Shown: positions 9,059 to 18,080 of the stretch, in pieces
Layout of the letters: each line of letters begins with the position of its first letter
Numbering within the stretch: the first letter of the stretch is position 1
Assembly: GCA_037127695.1 (NCBI GenBank)
Contig: JBAXXX010000003.1
Coordinates: 20,687-84,686, forward strand
DNA from: Verrucomicrobiia bacterium
GTDB lineage: Bacteria > Verrucomicrobiota > Verrucomicrobiia > Chthoniobacterales > Terrimicrobiaceae
Length of the DNA: 64,000 bases
Direction of reading: 5' to 3'
Notes under the pieces: generated by a model
The model's input: only the letters and a program-made list of their open reading frames with translations
The model's database searches: none
What the model was told of the DNA's origin: nothing
Made by a program: the position numbers and the translations under genes

Positions 9059-9313
9059 GGGCGGCTTCGCTGCGGCATCTGGCCCGATCGTGCGGCCCCA
9101 TCCAGCCCGAAGCCTCGGCGATATAGAGCACCAGGCCGGATGCAGGCTCCACAGACTCCAGCAAGTGCCCCCAACATGCCGCGTCCGTCCCGCGCCCCCA
9201 CCCACCGAGCCGGGAAGAAGCCGCTCGCAGCGAACCCCTTTGGGGGCTGCGAATTTCTCTCTTGGCATGTTGACGGGTGACAAGACCTCCCACATGGAAT
9301 AGCTTTTTTTCCC

Positions 9314-10102
9314 ATGCCGCTCCTTGAGGTCAATGATTTGAGAACTTGGTTTCCCGTGCATGGCGGAGTGCTCCGCCGCAAGTCCGGGGACATCCGCGCC
9401 GTGGACGGGGTGAGCTTTACGGTCGAACCGGGCCAAACCGTTGGCCTTGTCGGCGAAAGCGGAAGCGGTAAGACGACCGTTGGACGGACGATCCTGAAGC
9501 TGATCCCAGCGACTTCTGGGGCGGTGACATTCAACGGACGTGATATTCTCCCGCTGAGCGAAAGGGAGTTCCGCCCGATGCGCCGCGAAATGCAGATGAT
9601 TTTTCAGGATCCGTTCGGCTCGTTGAACCCCCGGTTCACCATCGCAGAAATTGTTTCGGAAGCCTTGGAGATCCATTTTGCACGGATGTCGCGATCCGAC
9701 CGCCGGGATCGCGTTGCCGAGCTGCTCCGGTTGGTTGGCCTCAGCCCGGAGATGATGGCGCGGTATCCGCACGAGTTCAGCGGCGGCCAGCGGCAGAGGA
9801 TCGGAATCGCGCGCGCGCTGGCTGTCGAACCCCAGTTCATCATCTGCGACGAGCCGGTCAGCGCGCTCGACGTAAGCGTCCAGGCCCAGATCGTGAATCT
9901 TCTCCAGGACTTGCAGGAGCAGCTCGGGATCGCCTACCTTTTTATCGCCCACGACCTCGCCGTCGTCGAGCACATCAGCGACCATGTCCTCGTCATGCAC
10001 CACGGGAAAATTGTCGAGTCCGCCACCGCCGAGGAAATTTATCACAACCCGCAGGACAGCTACACGAAAGCTCTTCTCGCCGCCGTGCCGCAGCTCACAT
10101 AA
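9314..10102 (+). CDS. ABC transporter ATP-binding protein (Opp/Dpp F-like)
   Basis: Walker A GESGSGKT, signature [15 protein letters not shown] and Walker [13 protein letters not shown]. No permease or binding-protein gene is adjacent. Confidence 0.85.
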   Translation: MPLLEVNDLRTWFPVHGGVLRRKSGDIRAVDGVSFTVEPGQTVGLVGESGSGKTTVGRTILKLIPATSGAVTFNGRDILPLSEREFRPMRREMQMIFQDPFGSLNPRFTIAEIVSEALEIHFARMSRSDRRDRVAELLRLVGLSPEMMARYPHEFSGGQRQRIGIARALAVEPQFIICDEPVSALDVSVQAQIVNLLQDLQEQLGIAYLFIAHDLAVVEHISDHVLVMHHGKIVESATAEEIYHNPQDSYTKALLAAVPQLT

Positions 10103-10110
10103 CCCGGGCC

Positions 10111-11211
10111 ATGCATCCGATCCTTCGCAATTTTCTTCGCATGAACTGGCTGCTGTTCGGCCTGATGATGGCATTGCTCGCCTATGGGGTGTATGCGATC
10201 TACAGCGCGACCTGGATGCGGGAGGTGAACTTTTGGAGCTCGCAGACAGTCTGGATCCTGATCTGCCTGCCGGGATTTTTTGTGGTTTCGCTCGTCGATT
10301 ACCGGTGGGTTCGCTTTGGCGCAGTTCCCCTGTATGTGCTCGGCATGCTGGGCCTGATCGCGGTGATGATCGTCGGCGAGAAGCGCTTCGGAGCGCGAAG
10401 CTGGCTGAATCTCGGGCCGATGAATTTCCAGCCCTCGCAGCTGGCGATGGTGGCGGGCATCCTGACCCTTGCCATATTCCTACAAAAATCCCGGGGCATG
10501 ATGTCCTTTCTCAGGATCCTCATCTGCGGGGCGATCGTGGGGATCCCATGGATATTGATCCTCATCCAGCCGGATCTCGGGTCGTGCATCGTGTGGGTAC
10601 CGGTCGTGCTGGCAATGATGTTCGTGGGCGGGATCCCGAAGCGCTGGCTGATTGTGATCCTTCTGATCGGCCTGGCGATGGTCCCTCTGGTCATCCACTT
10701 CGGGCTCAAGCCGTACCAATACTCTCGGATCACGACGTTCCTGAACCCGGAGGCTGACCCGCAGGGAGATGGATGGAACATCACGCAATCGCTCATCGCG
10801 ATCGGGTCGGGAGGGTTTTCCGGGAAGGGGTTCAAGGCGCCGAACACCCAGAACGAGCTCGGGTTCCTGCCCTCGACGATCGTCCACAACGACTTCATTT
10901 TTTCTGTCATGGGCGAACAGCACGGGTTCATCGGCGGCGTCGCTTTGATTGGAACTTTCGCCCTCCTCTTCGTGGTCATCCTGAACATTGCGATCGAGGC
11001 TGGGGACGATATCGGGCGGCTCCTCGCGACTGGAATCGCGATGCTGATTTTCACCCACACGTTCATGAACCTCGGGATGACGATCTCTGTCACCCCGATC
11101 ACTGGCCTCCCGCTCCCGCTCGTGAGCTATGGAGGGTCATTTGTGATGATCATACTCTTCAGCTTCGGGCTCCTGCAGAGCATCTGGATCCACCGCCGGG
11201 AGCTGAGGTAG
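10111..11211 (+). CDS. rodA: SEDS-family peptidoglycan glycosyltransferase (RodA/FtsW)
   Basis: 366-aa, ~10-TM protein with SEDS blocks (HNDFIFSVMGEQHGFIGG, GLPLPLVSYGGS). Confidence 0.85.
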   Translation: MHPILRNFLRMNWLLFGLMMALLAYGVYAIYSATWMREVNFWSSQTVWILICLPGFFVVSLVDYRWVRFGAVPLYVLGMLGLIAVMIVGEKRFGARSWLNLGPMNFQPSQLAMVAGILTLAIFLQKSRGMMSFLRILICGAIVGIPWILILIQPDLGSCIVWVPVVLAMMFVGGIPKRWLIVILLIGLAMVPLVIHFGLKPYQYSRITTFLNPEADPQGDGWNITQSLIAIGSGGFSGKGFKAPNTQNELGFLPSTIVHNDFIFSVMGEQHGFIGGVALIGTFALLFVVILNIAIEAGDDIGRLLATGIAMLIFTHTFMNLGMTISVTPITGLPLPLVSYGGSFVMIILFSFGLLQSIWIHRRELR

Positions 11212-11294
11212 CCCGCCCATCCGGCCAGAAATCAGCAGACCCGGGAACGGGCGGCGCTTTCCATAGCGTCTTGGGCGGAGATCGGCCGGCGGCT

Positions 11295-13829
11295 CTACTT
11301 CCGGCGCGAGTGGAGCGAACCGTATGGGCTCAGCTCCGTGCGGAGGCGGCTGAATAACGTGGACGGACTGCTATGGAGGTTCCATCCGTTCAAGACGCGG
11401 TAGAGGGCGATTTTGACTAGGTCCAGAACAAACATCCAGGCGATGTTATAGACCCAGACCCACCCGATAATGCTCCAAGGCAGGGCGGGAACGAGAGTTC
11501 CAATCCCGAAGCCGCAAGCCAGCACCGCGACCATCTGGGTGCCAACAATCGCAAAAAACAGGCGAAAGTCCGGGAAGGGCGGCATCCAGAAAGGGCCGAC
11601 CGAGCGGGTCACAAAAAGCAGCAGGTGCCCGCCCGCCACCAATTGCAGGAACATCATTGTCTGAAGGTGGGGAGCGTCGAGGTGGTAATGGTTCCGCCCG
11701 AGGAAAAGGAGCGCGAAGCTTTGCACCACCGCGCAAAGCCCCAGCACAGAGGAGATAAGAAAGACTCGCGGCATGTCCCATTTTACCGGCTTCGGAGCCG
11801 CTGTTGCCCGGTCATAAGCAATGGTCATAATCGGGAGGTCGTCCAGCAATGCCAGAGCGATAATCATCACTGCGGACAGCGGAAAGAAGTCGAAGAAAAG
11901 AACTGAGGAGACCACGAAGAACATGATCGCGAGAGTCATGGACACGCGGTAGAGCATGTAGCTCATCATCCTCTCAAATATCCGCCGGGCCTCCAGAATC
12001 CCATCAATAATAACCGAGAGCCCCGGGGCAGTGAGGATGAGTGCGGCGGCGGCTCTGGCGGCGTCGGTCGCTCCGGAAACGGCGATGCCCACATCGGCCT
12101 GCTTCAGAGCGGGGGCATCGTTCACGCCGTCGCCCGTCATCCCCACAATGTGCCCCGCTTCCTGCAGCGCTTTGACCACCCCGTATTTGTGCTCGGGGAA
12201 AACCCTTGCAAAGCCGTCGGCGGCCTCGATCTTGCCTACTGCGCCTGCCGGGAGCGAGCCGTTGGCGGAATCCGCAGAAAAAAGGTCGCTGGCGAGCTGG
12301 ATGTTCGTGCCCATGCCGAGCTCGCCGGAAATCGTGCGGGCGATCGCGACGTCGTCGCCGGTAACCATCTTGACGATGACTCCAAGCCTGCGCGCCTCCT
12401 CCACCGTCTGCTTCGAATCCGTTCGCGGGGGATCCAGGAGCGGCAGGATCCCCAGGAACTGCCAGCGCTCGCCATCGGCGCTGCGGGCCGAGGCCAGCGC
12501 CCGCATGCCCTTGCGCGCCAGATCGGTGACCTGGGCATCAATTTTCCCCCGGTCATCCCCGGACACTTTGCAGAGATCGAGAATGACGGCCGGCATCCCC
12601 TTCGACGTGCGGAAGGAGGTTCCGGAAGCATCCTGGAGAGTCGCCTCCGTGCGCTTGCTCACCGGGTCAAAGGGAATATAGTCAGTCTGCCGGTAGCTGC
12701 CGAGAAGGCCGGCATCTTTCAGCCCAGCCATCACGGCGATGTCAATCGGATCCTTGTCCTCCGCCTTGGAGGCGAGCGAACCCGCCAGGATGACATCCTG
12801 CGCGGAGGCGGATCCCCAGGGGATGACGTCCCCCAAGGTGAGCTTGTTTTGGGTGAGGGTTCCGGTTTTGTCCGAGCAGAGGATGTCAATTCCCGCGAGC
12901 TCCTCGATCGATTCCAGCCGCGAGACGATGGCCTTCTTGACCGCAAGCATTTTTGCGCCCATCGCCATCGTCACGGAAAGGACCGCCGGAGTAGTGAACG
13001 GCACCGCCGCCACAAGCAAGACCAGCACATACTCTGCCAGCTTGAAGATGGCATCCTTCGAAAAATGCCTGTCCATCGCCGCAAGCCGGTCAATGACGAG
13101 GATCGCAGCGAGGGTGACGGTGAGGACGATGAGAAAATTTCCGATGTCGACGACGGCCTTTTGGAAATGGGATTTGGCTCCGGCCGAGGCCACGAGCTTG
13201 GCCGTGCGGCCAAAGAAGGTGTTGCTGCCGGTCGTTGTGACGACCGCCGTCATCTCGCCCTTTTTGACGATGGATCCGGAGTAGACAGAGTCCGCATTTT
13301 TCTTGGAAACCGGCAGCGATTCGCCGGTCAGCGCGGCTTCGTCAACGTTCAGATACCCCCCCTCCAGCAGCACGGAATCGGCCGGGATCACATCTCCCAG
13401 CCGCACCCTGATGATATCGCCCGGAACCAAATCCGCCGCCAGCACGTCACCCCATTTTCCGTCGCGCAGCGCCTTGGCGTTCAATGCCAACGAATTTTTC
13501 AGGGCGGCGAGCGCGCTCGAAGCGGCGCTTTCCTCGCAAAAGCCAAGGACCGCATTGAAAACAAGCATGAAGGTGATAATCCCAAAATCCACCCAGTCCG
13601 CAATCGCCAAGGCCATGATCGCGGGCGCCTCAACCATCCACGGCATCGGCCCCCAGAAGTAGCCAAGAAATTTTTTCAGCTGGCTTTCTTTGACTTCGAC
13701 GATGGCGTTTGCCCCGTATTCGGCAAGCCGGGACTTGGCTTCTTCGCCAGCTAATCCGCAGGCCGGATCAACCTTCAGCTCGTGGACGACCTCTTCCGGC
13801 GACTTGGACAATGCATCAGTGGGTTTCAT
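11295..13829 (-). CDS. P-type ATPase, type IIIA (plasma-membrane H+-ATPase-like)
   Basis: CSDKTGTLTQNKLT, MVTGDDVAIA and GDGVNDAPALKQADVGIAV. The N-terminal block GL..EEAKSRLAEYGANAI...LKKFLGYFWGPMPWMVE closely resembles plant/fungal PMA/AHA pumps. Confidence 0.85.
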   Translation of the reverse strand: MKPTDALSKSPEEVVHELKVDPACGLAGEEAKSRLAEYGANAIVEVKESQLKKFLGYFWGPMPWMVEAPAIMALAIADWVDFGIITFMLVFNAVLGFCEESAASSALAALKNSLALNAKALRDGKWGDVLAADLVPGDIIRVRLGDVIPADSVLLEGGYLNVDEAALTGESLPVSKKNADSVYSGSIVKKGEMTAVVTTTGSNTFFGRTAKLVASAGAKSHFQKAVVDIGNFLIVLTVTLAAILVIDRLAAMDRHFSKDAIFKLAEYVLVLLVAAVPFTTPAVLSVTMAMGAKMLAVKKAIVSRLESIEELAGIDILCSDKTGTLTQNKLTLGDVIPWGSASAQDVILAGSLASKAEDKDPIDIAVMAGLKDAGLLGSYRQTDYIPFDPVSKRTEATLQDASGTSFRTSKGMPAVILDLCKVSGDDRGKIDAQVTDLARKGMRALASARSADGERWQFLGILPLLDPPRTDSKQTVEEARRLGVIVKMVTGDDVAIARTISGELGMGTNIQLASDLFSADSANGSLPAGAVGKIEAADGFARVFPEHKYGVVKALQEAGHIVGMTGDGVNDAPALKQADVGIAVSGATDAARAAAALILTAPGLSVIIDGILEARRIFERMMSYMLYRVSMTLAIMFFVVSSVLFFDFFPLSAVMIIALALLDDLPIMTIAYDRATAAPKPVKWDMPRVFLISSVLGLCAVVQSFALLFLGRNHYHLDAPHLQTMMFLQLVAGGHLLLFVTRSVGPFWMPPFPDFRLFFAIVGTQMVAVLACGFGIGTLVPALPWSIIGWVWVYNIAWMFVLDLVKIALYRVLNGWNLHSSPSTLFSRLRTELSPYGSLHSRRK

Positions 13830-13916
13830 AATTGATACCGATCTGCGGAAAGGCTATTGGAAAACCGCTGATTAATGAATCAAAAACTGTCTCAGGCGCG
13901 CGCGGCTTGGGAGGCA

Positions 13917-14837
13917 TCAAAAAACCTTTGGCACGCCCTCGCGCAGCAGGCAGATCCTGTCCGTGAGGTGAAGGCTGTCCGCGCATTCCATGAGCCGCTG
14001 CGGAGGCTCGTGGAGAGGCTCGTAGCTGAGGCGGAACGTGCCGAAGTGCATCGGGATCATCGTGCGGGCGTTGAGCTCGACGAAGGCCTTGAGCGCCTGC
14101 TCCGGGTTCATGTGAACATCGCGTCTGGTCGGAGCGTCGTAGGCTCCGATCGGGAGGAGGGCGATCTCGACGGGCAGGCGCTCGCCGATTTCTTTAAACC
14201 CGTCAAAATATGCGCTATCACCGCAGTGGAAGACCGAGCGGCCGCCATATTCGACATGGAACCCGCCGAACCCGCGGTGGTTATCGTGGAGGATGCGAGC
14301 TCCCCAGTGCCGGGCTGGGGTCAGTGTGATTTTTAGCGTTCCGAGCTCGAATGCTTCCCAGCAACGGAGCTCCTGCACATGGCGGAATCCGAGCCCGCTG
14401 ACGAGCCCGCCGACATGCTCGGGCACGACAACCGGCTGGTCGCTGGCCACCGCGCGGAGGGTCCGGCGGTCGAGGTGATCGAAGTGGGCATGCGTGACAA
14501 GCACGAGATCAATGGCGGGCAGGTCGTGGATCTCAAGCCCGGGCTGCCGGATCCGCTTGATGACCTTCAGCCATTTCGCCCAGTTCGGATCCACGAGGAT
14601 GCTGTGCTCGGGCGTCTGGATGAGAAACGAGGCGTGCCCGATCCACGTGATCGAAATCTGCCCGGCGTCCAGCTCCGGGAATACCGGCTTGAGCTTCAGG
14701 CCTTGGCGCTTCGTAAAAAGCGTCGGGATAATCACCTCGGCGAGAAAATTCCTTTTATGCCACCCCTCGCCGAGCTTCATGTCCACATGGTGCTCGGGGC
14801 GTTCCTTTTGGCTTCGTTGAAGCAAGCGTCGGACCAT
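13917..14837 (-). CDS. MBL-fold metallo-hydrolase
   Basis: THAHFDHLD metal-binding motif and later His/Asp ligands (HCGDSAY, PMHFGTF). Confidence 0.8.
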   Translation of the reverse strand: MVRRLLQRSQKERPEHHVDMKLGEGWHKRNFLAEVIIPTLFTKRQGLKLKPVFPELDAGQISITWIGHASFLIQTPEHSILVDPNWAKWLKVIKRIRQPGLEIHDLPAIDLVLVTHAHFDHLDRRTLRAVASDQPVVVPEHVGGLVSGLGFRHVQELRCWEAFELGTLKITLTPARHWGARILHDNHRGFGGFHVEYGGRSVFHCGDSAYFDGFKEIGERLPVEIALLPIGAYDAPTRRDVHMNPEQALKAFVELNARTMIPMHFGTFRLSYEPLHEPPQRLMECADSLHLTDRICLLREGVPKVF

Positions 14838-14930
14838 TATTTTTCCTCAGGGCGGACGACGAGGGATGAGGGGGGGCGTTTGATCTGGAGATTCTGCCAG
14901 CAGATCACCTGCCCTGCCGAGATTTTTTTG

Positions 14931-14974
14931 AAAAAACCAAAGGCCACCCCGGGCCGTCGGACCGGGGTGGCCTT
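14931..14974 (-). terminator. rho-independent terminator downstream of rpsD
   Basis: A 13-bp GC-rich stem (14940-14952 paired with 14962-14974) with a 9-nt loop. On the minus strand it is followed by TGG then TTTTTT. It starts 26 nt after the rpsD stop. Confidence 0.7.
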
Positions 14975-14999
14975 GGAAGCGAAGGCGCTGCCTTGCAGG

Positions 15000-15611
15000 T
15001 TAGCGCGAGTATAGCTCGACGACGAGCTGCTCGTTGACGATCGGCTTGATTTCCTCACGGCTCGGGATGCGGACGACGCTGCCCGAGAGGTTGTCTTTGT
15101 CCACCAGGAGCCACTCGGGAGCCGTGGCGATCTGAGTCAGCTCGACGCCGCGCGCGCCAAGGCGCCTGGATTTTTCCGAAGGCTTGACGGCGATGACATC
15201 CCCGGGCTTGAGGTTCATAGATGCGGAGTCGCTCTTGCGGCCATTGACGGTGATGTGCCCGTGGGCGACCATCTGGCGCGCCCCGCGAAGAGTCTTCGAA
15301 AAACCCATTTTCTGGACGATGTTGTCCAGGCGGGTCTCAAGGAGCTGGAGCAGAATCTCACCAGTAACCCCGCGCCGAGTGCTCGCAATTTGAAAATAGC
15401 GGCGGAACTGGCGCTCGAGCACCCCGTATTGGTGGCGGAGCTTCTGCTTCTCGGCAAGCGCGATCGAGTAGTCGCTCTGCTTGCGGCGGGATCCTTTCGG
15501 ACCGTGCTGCCCAGGAGGGTAGTTCTTGTTCTCAAATGCTTTCGCGGAACCGCTGATGAGAACACCATAGCGGCGGCTGACTTTTGTTTTGGGACCGGTA
15601 TAACGAGCCAT
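15000..15611 (-). CDS. rpsD: 30S ribosomal protein S4 (uS4)
   Basis: MARYTGPKTKVSRRYG N-terminus and 203 aa. Confidence 0.95.
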   Translation of the reverse strand: MARYTGPKTKVSRRYGVLISGSAKAFENKNYPPGQHGPKGSRRKQSDYSIALAEKQKLRHQYGVLERQFRRYFQIASTRRGVTGEILLQLLETRLDNIVQKMGFSKTLRGARQMVAHGHITVNGRKSDSASMNLKPGDVIAVKPSEKSRRLGARGVELTQIATAPEWLLVDKDNLSGSVVRIPSREEIKPIVNEQLVVELYSR

Positions 15612-15723
15612 TTCAGTTAGTTTTCAATTTTCAGTTTCAGTATTCAGAAGAGGGAAGTCTATGCATTTGAAGGCCGGTTCAGCGGTTGGGCAGAAAGCTT
15701 CAAACGAAAGACTCCCTTGTGGA

Positions 15724-16407
15724 TTAGACTCGGCGAGGTTTGGGCGGGCGGCATCCGTTGTGCGGCACGGGGGTGACGTCGCGGATGACTGTGACGTCAA
15801 GGCCAACCGCCTGCATGGCGCGGACGGCAGATTCGCGGCCGGCACCTGGGCCTTTGACTCGGACTTCTACTTCCTTGAGCCCGTGTCCCATTGCCTGGCG
15901 GCAGGCGTCCTGAGCAACCATCTGCGCGGCGTAGGCCGTGCTCTTCCGGGAACCCTTGAAGCCGCACTTCCCTGCGCTTGACCATCCGATCACTCCCCCG
16001 CGGAGGTCCGTGATGCTGACAATCGTATTGTTAAAGCTGGCCTGCACGTGAGCGATCCCCTGCGAGATGTTTTTGCTGCCCTTGGCCTTGACAATTTTGA
16101 CCGGTTCGATCGCATCGTCAAGCGAGATGCTCACCGGTGCAGGCGCCGCAGACGCTGCCGACTCCTTGGACTTTTTGGGAGCTTTTACTTTTGCTGCTTT
16201 GGGCTTTGCTGCCGCTGGAGCAGCTTCGCCTGCAGGGCCTGCGGAAGCCTCACCATCGGGAACAGCTTCAGCTGGCGGCGCATCCGAAACTTCTTTAGGA
16301 GCAGTTTTCTTGGCCGGAGCCTTGGGCTTCTTCTCCTCGTTGGCAGGCGCTTCGTTGGCAGGCGCTTCGTTGGCAGGCGCTTCGTTGGGTAAGTTCTCTT
16401 CGGCCAT
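15724..16407 (-). CDS. rpsK: 30S ribosomal protein S11 (uS11) with ~100-aa low-complexity N-terminal extension
   Basis: The C-terminal ~120 aa is canonical uS11 ([18 protein letters not shown]...[13 protein letters not shown]). The N-terminal Ala/Pro/Glu/Lys-rich region includes (NEAPA)x3. Confidence 0.9.
   Translation of the reverse strand: MAEENLPNEAPANEAPANEAPANEEKKPKAPAKKTAPKEVSDAPPAEAVPDGEASAGPAGEAAPAAAKPKAAKVKAPKKSKESAASAAPAPVSISLDDAIEPVKIVKAKGSKNISQGIAHVQASFNNTIVSITDLRGGVIGWSSAGKCGFKGSRKSTAYAAQMVAQDACRQAMGHGLKEVEVRVKGPGAGRESAVRAMQAVGLDVTVIRDVTPVPHNGCRPPKPRRV
16338..16389 (-). repeat. 15-bp tandem repeat, ~3.4 copies, inside the rpsK 5' coding region
   Basis: The plus-strand unit CGTTGGCAGGCGCTT is repeated head-to-tail and encodes [17 protein letters not shown] on the minus strand. 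Confidence 0.9.
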
Positions 16408-16420
16408 GATCAGATATTAA

Positions 16421-16816
16421 TTAGACTTTTCCGGTTTTGGCATCCTTGTTTCGTTGGACGCCGACGGTTTTGCGCGGCCCCTTGCGGGTGCGAGCGTTCG
16501 TGGAGGTGCGCTGCCCGCGGACAGGGAGGCTGCGGCGATGGCGGATGCCACGATAGCAGTTGATGGCCTGCAGGCGCTTGAGGTTTCCCTGCACTTCGCG
16601 GCGCAGATCCCCTTCAATTGCGATTTTGTTGGCGCTGATCGCGTGGATGATCGCGTTCAGCTGTTCGGGAGAGAGATCCTTAGCCCGTGCGTTCGGGTCG
16701 ATATTCGCCTGCTCCAGCACCTTTTTCGTGTTGCTCGGGCCCATGCCGTAAATATATGGCAGAGAGGCTTCGATGCGTTTATCTCCCGGGATGTCTACTC
16801 CAAGTAATCGTGGCAT
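16421..16816 (-). CDS. rpsM: 30S ribosomal protein S13 (uS13)
   Basis: [27 protein letters not shown]-terminus and 131 aa. Confidence 0.95.
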   Translation of the reverse strand: MPRLLGVDIPGDKRIEASLPYIYGMGPSNTKKVLEQANIDPNARAKDLSPEQLNAIIHAISANKIAIEGDLRREVQGNLKRLQAINCYRGIRHRRSLPVRGQRTSTNARTRKGPRKTVGVQRNKDAKTGKV

Positions 16817-16852
16817 AATTAAAAAATATTTAAGGTTTCAGCTGGCGGGCCA

Positions 16853-16966
16853 TCAGCCCTGTTTTTGTTTGTGCCGCGGGTTCTTGCAAACCACGCGGAC
16901 AACGTTTTTGCGGCGCACAACTTTGCAGGCTTCGCACATTCTTTTCACGGATGCTCGGACTTTCAT
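16853..16966 (-). CDS. rpmJ: 50S ribosomal protein L36 (bL36)
   Basis: A 37-codon ORF below the track cutoff, read by hand: [37 protein letters not shown]. Confidence 0.9.
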   Translation of the reverse strand: MKVRASVKRMCEACKVVRRKNVVRVVCKNPRHKQKQG

Positions 16967-17220
16967 TTTCTTCTTCTATAGTTATTTGGTGACGACGATT
17001 CGTTTTTATGCCTGTAGGTGATTCGGCCTTTTGTGAGGTCGTATGGGGACATCTCCAACATGACCCTGTCTCCCGGGAGGATGCGGATGAAGTGCAGCCG
17101 CATCTTTCCGGAGATGTGAGCTAGGATGCGGTGCCCGTTGGCCAGTTCGATTCGGAACATGGTATTCGGGAGCAGCTCGACAACTTTGCCCTCTACTTCA
17201 ATAGCGTCTTTCTTGGCCAT
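16963..17220 (-). CDS. infA: translation initiation factor IF-1
   Basis: Internal ATG of ORF 16963..17307: [42 protein letters not shown] 13-aa C-terminal tail overlaps the rpmJ start by 4 nt. Confidence 0.9.
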   Translation of the reverse strand: MAKKDAIEVEGKVVELLPNTMFRIELANGHRILAHISGKMRLHFIRILPGDRVMLEMSPYDLTKGRITYRHKNESSSPNNYRRRK

Positions 17221-17957
17221 GTCAATACTTCCGGCAGGTTGTCGGTGACCAGCACCGTATGCTCGAAATGGGCGGAGGGAAGGCCGTCGTCGGTCACGGC
17301 GGTCCACCTGTCGGCGAGGACTCGCACTTTCGATTTTCCCATGTTGATCATGGGCTCGATGGCGAGGGTCATTCCCGGCTTGAGCTTCGGCCCAGAATTG
17401 CGCTTCCCGAAATTAGGCACCTGGGGATCCTCGTGGAGGCGCCGACCGACCCCGTGGCCGACAAACTCGCGGACGACGCTGAAGCCGTTCGCCGCCGCCT
17501 GGGACTCGACGTAGTGGGAAATGTCGCCAATTCTGTTGCCAGTCCTGGCGAGATCGACCGCGCCCAAAAGAATCTCCTCGGTGACGGTCAGAAGGCGTTC
17601 GATCTCCGGCGCCACGATGCCGACAGGAACCGACATCGCCGTGTCGCCAATCCATCCGTCGCGGATAATCCCGACGTCCATTTTGACGATATCCCCGTAG
17701 GCGATCCGGCGCGGGCCGCCAATCCCGTGGACAACCTCCTCGTTGATGCTGATGCAGATATGACCGGGAAAGTTTTTATACCCGAGGAACGCGCTGCGCA
17801 CTCCGGCCTCGGACATGAGCTGCGAAGCGGCGTGGTCGACCTCTCCGGTTGTAACTCCCGGGGCGATGAGCGACGCCAGCTCGTTGAGGATCTCGCCGGC
17901 GCTCACGCCGGCCCGCCGCATCTTCTCAATCTCGTCAGGGCGCTTGATGACGATCAT
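17193..17957 (-). CDS. map: type I methionine aminopeptidase
   Basis: 254 aa with MetAP metal-ligand blocks ([34 protein letters not shown]). Confidence 0.93.
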   Translation of the reverse strand: MIVIKRPDEIEKMRRAGVSAGEILNELASLIAPGVTTGEVDHAASQLMSEAGVRSAFLGYKNFPGHICISINEEVVHGIGGPRRIAYGDIVKMDVGIIRDGWIGDTAMSVPVGIVAPEIERLLTVTEEILLGAVDLARTGNRIGDISHYVESQAAANGFSVVREFVGHGVGRRLHEDPQVPNFGKRNSGPKLKPGMTLAIEPMINMGKSKVRVLADRWTAVTDDGLPSAHFEHTVLVTDNLPEVLTWPRKTLLK

Positions 17958-18080
17958 GCCGCATCCTTCCTCTCTTGGAAGCCGCCAAGCGTCGCTCCGA
18001 AGATTTTTGGCCGAGTGCCGACGGCTGAAGCAAACGGTCCTGACAGAACAAAGCAGATTTTCAACATTCGAATGCGCGCA

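Noticed and set aside
9059-9313. 255-nt GC-rich gene-free spacer after rpmB; checked for tRNA, riboswitch or sRNA.
   Set aside because: No cloverleaf or known riboswitch core was recognisable. Only a local hairpin is present (CGCAGCGAACCCCTTTGGGGGCTGCG, about 9226-9251) that may terminate rpmB. The long-range complementarity I noticed is not nestable into a helix.
8795-10174. 459-aa minus-strand ORF spanning the rpmB end, the spacer and the ABC ATPase gene.
   Set aside because: It is antisense to two motif-supported genes. The product is Arg/Gly/Pro-rich with no motifs, which is the typical GC-rich antisense artefact.
12150-13754. 534-aa plus-strand ORF.
   Set aside because: It is entirely antisense to the P-type ATPase gene, whose motifs are unambiguous. 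The product is an Arg/Gly/Asp-rich low-complexity translation.
16338-16389. Short tandem repeat considered as a possible CRISPR or mini-array.
   Set aside because: The units are contiguous 15-mers with no spacers, and they lie in-frame inside rpsK. It is a coding tandem repeat, not a CRISPR array.
16963-17001. 13-aa C-terminal tail on IF-1 overlapping the rpmJ start.
   Set aside because: It is real in the sequence but probably a trivial consequence of stop-codon position (a 4-nt overlap with rpmJ). It is not reported as a separate finding.
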